Shown here in pieces: positions 57,001 through 64,000 of a DNA stretch of 64,000 nucleotides. The notes below the pieces were generated by a model. The model worked only from the letters and a program-made list of their open reading frames with translations. It ran no database searches and was not told the origin of the DNA. This stretch comes from Hyaloraphidium curvatum SAG 235-1 (lineage: Eukaryota > Fungi > Monoblepharomycota). Made by a program: the position numbers and the translations under genes. Location: assembly GCA_025558095.1 (NCBI GenBank), contig JAIVFI010000002.1:248001-312000 (forward strand). The letters are read 5' to 3'. Numbering within the stretch: the first letter of the stretch is position 1; each line of letters opens with the position of its first letter.

Positions 57001-57821
57001 AGGATGAGCACCGTGGGATCGGTCGCGGGCACAGGGACCTGCCGCAGGATGGCGTCGCGGGTGGGGCCGGGGTGGTGCAGCCGCGCAGTGCCTGGCGGGA
57101 GGGGGTGCTCGGTGTCCATCAGGGCGGCGAGGTTGGCCGTAAGGTGGGCGACCACGGCGTCGTAGGGCATCGGGATACTGCAGGGGAGCTCGGTGGCGTT
57201 CGGTGCGGCAAAGCCAGGGACGCCGAGGACGGCGGCGAGGGTGTCATCCACGTCGGCACCGCACCGCCGCCTCAAAGAGAGCACGCCCCCGCTGCCCTCA
57301 AAAGGCCAGTCTGGCGGTGGTGTCCGTCCGGCATAAGGGCCGCAGAGCGCGGCTGCGATGCCGGCGACGCCGGCGTCTCCCGAGACGTCGGAAGGTTCTG
57401 CTGTGTGATCCCCAGCCGTCCAGGCAGCCGCCGCCTCTGCCTGACACAACGCTTCGGCCGACACCTCCACGTCAAACAGCGGCGAGAACGCCAGAGGCAC
57501 CGGCGAGAGGAGCAGCCTGTGTGCCGCCCGGACTTTGGCATCTCCCAGCAGCCCGCCCGCAAACAGCCGCACGCCCTCCCGCAGCGGGAACGTGGACCCT
57601 CCCCCGCACGCCCAGCCCGCCGCAACCCTCAGCCGCGTCCATTTGCCGAGGGGGAGCAGCCGCGTGGCGCCGCCGTGCCCCGCGCAGGGGTCGGCGTCCC
57701 CCGGCGGCGCGGGCGTGACCTCCAAGGCCGGACCGCGCGGCTGCGGCCCCGGCGACACGAAGGGCCAGGCAAAGAGCGCCGCGAGGAGCGCGCGGACCGC
57801 CGTCTGCCTGTTGAGCGGCAT
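54069..57821 (-). CDS. Type II membrane GT61-like (DUF563) glycosyltransferase fused to a C-terminal alpha/beta-hydrolase, copy 1 (~1250 aa)
   Basis: Signal/TM AVRALLAALFAWPFV. GT61-like motifs NYYWF, RRVLVVDR and AAVGPHGSGFTNALALHPGSTLAELVP...YYMQLAHLGGLRYH. Hydrolase-like nucleophile elbow SFGLSSGSTF and C-terminal TSAGMHEYT...EMAEWL. Confidence 0.82.
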   Translation of the reverse strand: MPLNRQTAVRALLAALFAWPFVSPGPQPRGPALEVTPAPPGDADPCAGHGGATRLLPLGKWTRLRVAAGWACGGGSTFPLREGVRLFAGGLLGDAKVRAAHRLLLSPVPLAFSPLFDVEVSAEALCQAEAAAAWTAGDHTAEPSDVSGDAGVAGIAAALCGPYAGRTPPPDWPFEGSGGVLSLRRRCGADVDDTLAAVLGVPGFAAPNATELPCSIPMPYDAVVAHLTANLAALMDTEHPLPPGTARLHHPGPTRDAILRQVPVPATDPTVLILHEHGRELADAAGARDAAGIRTALFAGQPRNLPGVLTAYNVVVSPNGLMQAVGPALQRERARNEGDRPMPSDPARAYEQLLEDLYEPEPPTTTKLRAQRMAQHIENSLGGPDAATALRQRSPLVRHEHYWPVYAGKNLTEVPYADPGRGSVFYVTQLVMPVEGVDLSEQHAAVMDWDRNRTTGGQAPLLPVFDEVFLVVPAADNYYWFSTDFVGRTAPLRGYLADHPRAVVHVAPHFHRRWTSDDAPGFVKEWLRWLGIQERLVTGRVAARIAHALDNHIPGPRTHPLQLLALRSAMRSIAPEAFIAADREDRTRRVLVVDRSNATARGQNPHDRAHLLRELASRGLEAVLFTGSEPLPEAFFKWASVGAAVGPHGSGFTNALALHPGSTLAELVPAGHASLGWYYMQLAHLGGLRYHHVLVPGDLSSAVKGGVEELLWALCGDHAGRLGGCNSTAPPADGLNGLVPRNEGVGPKVETCLPDISVARHRLQASEPIHALRPLPGANLTLATRNGTAAGLVPWISLETALPLSEVRGITLLFATAGFRPDLVSRLPFHRGLIRALERRRLLPVAVPIGLLGPYAYQRFDDSCGNEDLHAAVASLAAVLDAVGKAGGDARAPVTSFGLSSGSTFTGIAAARVRLAGSLVQLDMPEAVVGHLVEGGEGRVQRDGECARVLAGVMRDAVGGGKVVPGERLPREDEVPDVLRPEVLPAFWMLGSEANFADFKAIRHLRKNLSDAGVPRDRVVSEAWMPSPLCPGTLADEAPWLLSRAASAAIVDTWHSMGLLVAGPEMDAALRTLGPACYNATPTADDCCTCPDGAAALHARTSWISQEPGGHLEDLVELFYRHAKGMLVFAQPGVPGKPLFFAGGGDPEFPAGSAARVLVEPRLDRLFAVLGDPKADAGLRGDPAAEETCRAAWEAWREMRWWLKMRVRTSAGMHEYTRGERFGEMAEWLAMWTERARAEGKAGRVGRKSL

Positions 57822-58593
57822 CGGTCGGGCCCGCAAACACGGATTGGGACACAGGGGATCCCTCAAGGGACGGCGCCACCAGGCGGCCCGAAGAGAGCGC
57901 GCCAAAACCCCGCGGAAAACCCCTACCCGCACCGGCAGCATAAAGGCCGAGGAGGTTCAAATCATGTCAATTTTGGATCCGTGTCGTGTTCAGCCGATGC
58001 TCGTCTGTAAAACTGCGGCTTCAGCTCCCTCGCCCGGCGGAGAAAGAAGGAGCGGGTACTCCGACGGCAGCGGGAGCTCCTCGGCGTCCCCGAGCCGGGT
58101 CAGGTGTGGAAGCATTGTTGCTTTGGAGGCGCTGACTCCCCTTTTCGACGCCATGGGGGGGTCGGAACCGACATGTTCTTGGGTGGAGGGGGGCAGGCGG
58201 GGACATCGCGAAGCCCCTGCGTCCTCGGCCCCCAATGAATCTGCTACCTGTATACCTTTTTCCGGCATCCCGGTAATCTCGCGCGCACACGGCTCCTTGG
58301 GAGTCGGAGAACGGTGGCGCGAGTTTTGGGCTGGGCGGGGACGCAAGGCCGGTGGCGGCGACATCCAAACGCGCGCAAGCATCCCGCCGTGCGGCCAGCC
58401 GAATGCCTCATCGCAGACTCGGGGGGGTCAGTATGTTCGAACACGCCAGATCTGGTGGTCAGCGACGCCGGCAATGCCGGGATGCGCGGGTGCGTGGGGT
58501 TTGCCCCACGGGACCCACTCGTTCCGGACCGGGCGGCGACGGGCCATCGAGGGGACCCGATCGCCGATAGAGCCGCCCGCGGACTCACCGACG

Positions 58594-60667
58594 ATGCGCG
58601 GCCGGCCGAAGCGAGCGGAGCCGCCGCCCGCGCGGCCGGGCAAGAAGGCGGCGTGCGTGGCGTGCCGCGCGGCGCGTGCGGCGTGTTTGGGCGGCGGCGC
58701 GCCGTGCGGCCGCTGCTCCGAGCGCGGCATCGCCTGCGAGGGCCTGCCGCCGCGGGCCGATGCTGAAGGCGGGGGAACCGCCGCCGGGGAGGCGGTCGGG
58801 GACGCGGTCACGGAGGATGTCGCGGTGCCGCCCGCTGCCGCCCCGCCGGCGCCGCCGCCCGCCGTCCCGCTGCCGGTGCGCGCCCGCGCGGCATCGCCGC
58901 TGCCCGACGCCGGCGCCATGCGGTTCTGCCTCGGCGCGTTCGCGGACGCCTCGCGCCACGTGCTGCTCTCCGCACACCGCGACGCGCTCAAAGCCGCGCG
59001 GTGCCCCGTCCTCCTCGCCGGCGTTCTGCTCGCCACGCCCTCGCTGTGGAACGACGCGCTGCCCGGCCGCGGCACCCCCCGCGAGCGCCTGCGCTGGGAC
59101 GCCGCCGTGGTCGCGCTGTTCAGGACGGAGATGGCCGCGCTGCTCGAGTCGTGCGCGCCGCTGGGGCCAGAGGCCGTGGCGGGCGCCGCGCTGGTGGCGC
59201 GCTGGGCGATGGAGCGCGGCATGATGGCCGTGGGCAGGCAGCTGGTCGCCCTGGCCTTCTCCATCGCCGACATGGCAGCGACATCGACCCCGTCGTCGCC
59301 GGCAGCCCCGCCGCCCGGGGCCCTGTCGGCGGCAAACCCGGCGCTGATCCCCGCCCTCAACCCCGCGTCTGCCGCCGGTCAGCCGGTGCGCCGGGCCGAC
59401 TGGATCCGCAAATGGACCCTGCGCCGCACGGTGCAGATGCTGCACGTCATGGCGGGCTACTTTGTCCCGCACTTCCACCGCCGCGGCATGCCGCGCACCT
59501 ACTGGTGGCTGCAGCCGCGCACGCGCTTCTGCCCGCTGCCCCGCACCTGGCGCGACTCGGAGGACCCGGCGTGGGACCCCGCCGCTGTCCCGCAGGAGCC
59601 GCGCGTCGCGGACGTTCTCGGCTTCCTCCGCCTGGCCCCGGACGACCCGCGCTTCCTCGCCGGCGCCGCCGCCCTGACCCCGCACTGGCTCGTGCGCGAC
59701 AAGCTGCCGTTTTTCGTGCTGGACTACATGCGCGACCGCGTCGGGGACTTCCACGCCGCCTGCGAGAAGCTCGCCGTGCCCTCGCTGGCCGCGCTCCCCG
59801 CGCTCGCCGAATCCGACCCCGACCCGGCCCGCCGCGCGGCCTACGAATCCCTCCTCGCCATGCGCGTCCGCCTGGACCGCATGCTCGCCGCCCTCGTCGC
59901 CTCCTTCCCCTCCTCCGTGCTGGACGCCCTGCGCGAGGGCGACGGCCCCGCCCTCGTCGCGGCGCTGGAGCTCGCCTCGGGCGGGTTCAACTACGCCTTC
60001 AACAACGCGCTCTACTTCCCCTCCATCCAGATGCTGAGGATGGAGCTGCACTCGTCCTCGGCCCTCTTCTGGGCCGCCGCGCTGCACGGACGGATGGACC
60101 TCGAGCACCTCGCGGACGAGTTTGCTCTGGGCGGGCCCCTGACCGCCATCCTCGAGGATCTCCTGCTGTTCACGCGGCTGCTGGACGGGTGGATCTCCCT
60201 GAACCCCTCGCTCCTCTGCCACGCCGAATCGGGCCTCTCCCTCATCGTCCAGGCGGCCGTCATGCACCTCGCCTTTGCCCGCAAGTTCTCCCTCGCCGCC
60301 GCGGGGGGGCGCCCTCCTCCCCGCCGAGATCCGCGCGGCCGGCCACGCCGCGCACCCCGTGGACGTCCTCGCGCAGGTCCGCGCCGACGTCTCGCGGTGC
60401 ATGCGCGCGCTGCGCGCCTACGCGGCCAAGAACCCCTGGAGCGCCGGGATCCTCGCGCTGGTGGCCAAGCTCGAGGCCGGCACCGGGTTCGGCGTCGAGG
60501 ACGTGCTGCGGGCCGTGGACCCGACGAGGCTGGAGGAGGTCAGGGGGAGGCCGGTGGAGGGGGCCGGGGCGGGGGTGGAGGAGGAGGTGGGGGGCCTGCA
60601 GGGGCTGGTGGATGCGTACGGGAGGTTCGCGGGCGGGGTGAGGAGGGTGGCGGGGCCGGACGGATAG
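58594..60667 (+). CDS. Zn(II)2Cys6 transcription factor with an apparent +1 frameshift in a G7 run at 60303-60309
   Basis: ATG at 58594, ACVACRAARAACLGGGAPCGRCSERGIAC, helical middle region. Removing one G gives the natural C-terminus GGALLPAEIR...VSRCMRALRAYAAKNPWSAGILALV...* at 60667 instead of an Arg/Gly junk tail. Confidence 0.8.
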
Positions 60668-60761
60668 GGTGGGCATTGGAGCGGGGTTGATAGGAATGGC
60701 AGGACATGGACTGGTGAAATCCAACCCTTCCTGGACTCTTGATCGTCGAATTGGGGGAGAA

Positions 60762-63700
60762 TCACTTCTCTTGGACCTTCGCTGTCGAGCCCTCCGCCCT
60801 TACCCTCTCGGTCCACATCGCCAGCCACTCGGCCATCTCCTCGAACCGCTCCCCCCTCGTGTACTGGTGCACGCCCGCCGCCGTCTGGACCCTCATCTTC
60901 AGCCACCAGCGGATGTGGTGCCAGTGGTCCCGAACCCCGCGGCACGCCTCCTGCGCCTGGGGATCCCGCCGCAGGAGCGCGTCGGCGGTCGCGTTGCCGA
61001 CCACGGCGCACCGCTTGCCGGTCCGGGGATCGGCAAGCACCCTGGGCACGCTCCCCGTGGGGAACTCCGGATCCTCCCCGCCGGCAAACAACAGGGGCTT
61101 CCCCGGCACCCCCGGCTGCGCAAACACCAGCATAGCCTCGGCCTGCTTGTAAAACACGTCCTGGTAGTCCTGCAGGTACCGCGAGACCCACTTGATGCGG
61201 GCATGCAGCGCCCTCACGCCGCCGGGGCACGTGCAGCACTCGTCCGCATCCATCGAGGCGTTCCCGCACGTGGGACGGAGCGTCCGCAGCGCGGCGTCCA
61301 TCTCCGCGCTGGCCACCAGGAAGCCCATCGAATGCCACAAGTCCACGATCGCGGCGCTGGCGGCGCGCGACAGGAGCCACGGCGCCTCGTCCGCCAGCGT
61401 GCCGGGGCAGAGCGTCGACGGCAGCCACGCCTCCGTCACGAGCCTCTCCCGCGGCACACCGGCCTCCGAAAGGTTCTTTCGGAAGTGGCGGATGCCCCTG
61501 CCGTCCACGTAGTTGATCTCGGAGCCCAGCATCCAGAAGGGAGGGACCACCTCGGGCCGCAGCACCCCCGGCACTTCGTCCTCCGGCGGGAACCTCTGTC
61601 TCGGCACCACCACGCCCCCTTCCACCGCATTCTTCATCACCCCGGCCAGCATTCTCCCACACGCGGCGTCCCGCCTGATCCTCCCTTTCCCTCCTTCCGC
61701 AAGATGGTCCAGCACGGCCTCGGGCACGTTCAGCTGGACCAGCGACCCCGCCAGCCGCACCCGCGTTGCCACGATCCCCGTGAACGTCGACCCGGACGAC
61801 AGGCCGAAAGTCGTCGCCGGCACCCGCGGATCGCCCCCCGCCTTCTCCACGGCGTTCAGGACCAGTGCGAGCACGCCGACGGTCGCGAGCAGGTCCTCGT
61901 TGCCGCAGTAGTCGTCGACGTTCTGCCAATCGTACCGTCCGGTGAGCCCGATGGGCACGGCGACGGGGAGCAGGCCCCGCCTCTCGAGGGCGCGGATCAG
62001 CCCGCGGTGGAAGGGGAGCCGGGAGACGAGGTCGGGGTGGAAGCCCCCGGTTGCGAACAGGAGCGTGATCCCGCGAACCTTCGAGATCGGGAGCACGGAG
62101 TCGAAGGAGATCCAGGGGACGAGGTTGGTGACCGTGCCGTTTCGGGTTGCGAGGGTGAGATTGGCACCGGGGAGCGGGCGCAGCGCGTCGGTCGGCTCCG
62201 ATACCTCCAGCCTCGGCTTGGCCACGGCGATGTCCGGGAGCCACGTCTCGACCCTGGGCCCCGCCCCCGGCTTCCTCGCCACCAGCCCATTCAGCACGTC
62301 CGCGGGCGGCGCCGTGGAATTGCACCCCGCCAGCCGCCCCCCGTGGTCCCCGCACAGCGCCCAGACGAGCTCTTCCACGCCCTCCCTGATCCCCGTGGAC
62401 AGGTCCCCAGGCACCAGCACGTGGTGGTAACGCAGCCGGCCCAGATGCGCCAGCTGTATATAATACCACCCCTGTGACGCGTGTCCCGCCGGCACCATCT
62501 CCGCCAGCGTGCTGCCGGGCTGCATTGCCAGGGCATTGGTGAACGCCGAGCTATGCGGCCCGACGGCGGCGCCGACAGAGGCCCACTTGAAGAGGGCTTC
62601 GGGGAGGGGTTCGGAGCCGGTGAAGAGGACCGCCTCGAGGCCGCGGGAGGCGAGCTCGCGGAGGAGGTGCGCGCGGTCGTGTGGGTTTTGCCCGCGCGCG
62701 GTGGCGTTGGACCTGTCGACAACGAGCACGCGGCGGGTGCAGTCTTCGCGATCGGCGGCGGTAAATGCTTCGGGAGCGATGCTGCGCATGGCGGAGCGAA
62801 GAGCGAGGAGCTGCAAAGGGTGCGTGCGTGGGCCGGGAATGTGGTTGTCGATCGCGTGGGCGATGCGTGCGGCCACGCGGCCCGTGACGAGCCTGTCTTG
62901 GATACCCAGCCAGCGGAGCCACTCCTTGACGAACCCGGGAGCATCGTCCGAGGTCCATCTGCGGTGAAAGTGCGGGGCCACGTGGACCACGGCCCGCGGG
63001 TGATCGGCGAGGTACCCGCGCAGCGGTGCCGTCCTCCCGATAAAGTCCGTCGAGAACCAGTAGTAGTTGTCCGCTGCCGGTACCACGAGAAACACCTCGT
63101 CGAAGACCGGCAGCCGCGGGGCCTGGCCTCCCGTTGTCCGGTTGCGGTCCCAGTCCATGACGGCGGCGTGCTGTTCCGAGAGGTCGACCCCCTCGACCGG
63201 CATCACCAGCTGGGTGACGTAGAACACAGAGCCGCGGCCAGGATCAGCGTACGGCACTTCAGTGAGGTTCTTGCCGGCGTAGACAGGCCAGTAGTGCTCG
63301 TGTCGGACGAGCGGCGACCGCTGGCGGAGCGCCGTGGCGGCGTCGGGGCCGCCGAGGCTGTTCTCGATATGCTGTGCCATGCGCTGCGCGCGGAGCTTGG
63401 CGGTCGCGGGGGGCTCGGGCTCGTAGAGGTCCTCCAGGAGCTGCTCGTACGCCCGCGCGGGATCCGACGGCATTGGGCGATCGCCCCCGTTCCGCGCCCG
63501 TTCCCGCTGGAGCGCGGGCCCAACAGCCTGCATCAGCCCGTTCGGCGAGACCACGACGTTGTACGCCGTCAGCACGCCGGGCAGGTTGCGCGGCTGCCCC
63601 GCAAACAGCGCCGTTCGGATCCCCGCGGCGTCCCCCGCGCCCGCGGCGGCCGCGAGCTCCCTCCCGTGCTCGTGCAGGATGAGCACCGTGGGATCGGTCG

Positions 63701-64000
63701 CGGGCACAGGGACCTGCCGCAGGATGGCGTCGCGGGTGGGGCCGGGGTGGTGCAGCCGCGCAGTGCCTGGCGGGAGGGGGTGCTTGGTGTCCATCAGGGC
63801 GGCGAGGTTGGCCGTCAGGTGGGCGACCACGGCGTCGTAGGGCATCGGGACGCCGCAGGGGAGCTCGGTGGCGTTCGGTGCGGCAAATCCAGGGACGCCG
63901 AGGACGCCGGCGAGGGTGTCATCCACGTCGGCACCGCACCGCCGCCTCAAAGAGAGCACGCCCCCGCTGCCCTCAAAAGGCCAGTCTGACGGTGGTGTCC
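60762..64000 (-). CDS. GT61-like + alpha/beta-hydrolase fusion, copy 2 (5' end runs off the window)
   Basis: Collinear paralog of 54069-57821 (offset 6675 bp in the GT part). Motifs GPHSSAFTN, FGLSSGSTF and AAGVHQYTRGERF. Confidence 0.82.
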   Translation of the reverse strand, partial: TPPSDWPFEGSGGVLSLRRRCGADVDDTLAGVLGVPGFAAPNATELPCGVPMPYDAVVAHLTANLAALMDTKHPLPPGTARLHHPGPTRDAILRQVPVPATDPTVLILHEHGRELAAAAGAGDAAGIRTALFAGQPRNLPGVLTAYNVVVSPNGLMQAVGPALQRERARNGGDRPMPSDPARAYEQLLEDLYEPEPPATAKLRAQRMAQHIENSLGGPDAATALRQRSPLVRHEHYWPVYAGKNLTEVPYADPGRGSVFYVTQLVMPVEGVDLSEQHAAVMDWDRNRTTGGQAPRLPVFDEVFLVVPAADNYYWFSTDFIGRTAPLRGYLADHPRAVVHVAPHFHRRWTSDDAPGFVKEWLRWLGIQDRLVTGRVAARIAHAIDNHIPGPRTHPLQLLALRSAMRSIAPEAFTAADREDCTRRVLVVDRSNATARGQNPHDRAHLLRELASRGLEAVLFTGSEPLPEALFKWASVGAAVGPHSSAFTNALAMQPGSTLAEMVPAGHASQGWYYIQLAHLGRLRYHHVLVPGDLSTGIREGVEELVWALCGDHGGRLAGCNSTAPPADVLNGLVARKPGAGPRVETWLPDIAVAKPRLEVSEPTDALRPLPGANLTLATRNGTVTNLVPWISFDSVLPISKVRGITLLFATGGFHPDLVSRLPFHRGLIRALERRGLLPVAVPIGLTGRYDWQNVDDYCGNEDLLATVGVLALVLNAVEKAGGDPRVPATTFGLSSGSTFTGIVATRVRLAGSLVQLNVPEAVLDHLAEGGKGRIRRDAACGRMLAGVMKNAVEGGVVVPRQRFPPEDEVPGVLRPEVVPPFWMLGSEINYVDGRGIRHFRKNLSEAGVPRERLVTEAWLPSTLCPGTLADEAPWLLSRAASAAIVDLWHSMGFLVASAEMDAALRTLRPTCGNASMDADECCTCPGGVRALHARIKWVSRYLQDYQDVFYKQAEAMLVFAQPGVPGKPLLFAGGEDPEFPTGSVPRVLADPRTGKRCAVVGNATADALLRRDPQAQEACRGVRDHWHHIRWWLKMRVQTAAGVHQYTRGERFEEMAEWLAMWTERVRAEGSTAKVQEK

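Noticed and set aside
57535-58593. 353-aa N-terminal extension of the 57535..60690 ORF
   Set aside because: Overlaps the divergent GT61 gene and its promoter. The ATG at 58594, just before the Cys6 cluster, is the plausible start.
1-64000. tRNA, rRNA or snRNA genes
   Set aside because: GTTCGA-like hits (e.g. ~18045) lack a cloverleaf context; none identified by eye. tRNAscan-SE or Infernal would be decisive.

Overview
GC-rich (about 70% by eye) eukaryotic, fungal-type genomic DNA. It has short 49-88 nt GT-AG introns with CTRAY-like branch sites and several Zn2Cys6 transcription factors. An early-diverging, chytrid/monoblepharid-like fungus is my inference, not proven. About 22 genes are supportable. 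They include nine transcription-factor-like genes: three Zn2Cys6, one zinc-ribbon plus fungal-TF-domain gene, four tandem Max-like bHLH-ZIP paralogs on ~4-4.7 kb repeat units, and one bZIP. Others are an indoleamine 2,3-dioxygenase, a NiCoT nickel transporter, a DUF4140/DUF4139 protein, a low-GC coiled-coil/REase-like/kinase (Crinkler-like) gene and a spliced type I membrane protein with zona-pellucida-like architecture. Glycan-modifying genes are concentrated at 44.6-64 kb: a GT14 (another lies at 15 kb), a frameshifted fucosyltransferase-like gene, an ExoV-like pyruvyltransferase and two GT61 + alpha/beta-hydrolase fusions. A 5'-truncated CRE-like RLE non-LTR retrotransposon with a perfect 20-bp target-site duplication sits a few bases upstream of the pyruvyltransferase start codon. 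No rRNA, tRNA or CRISPR was seen. Most ORFs in the six-frame track are GC-rich shadow frames. All family assignments are by motif recognition only; no database search was run.
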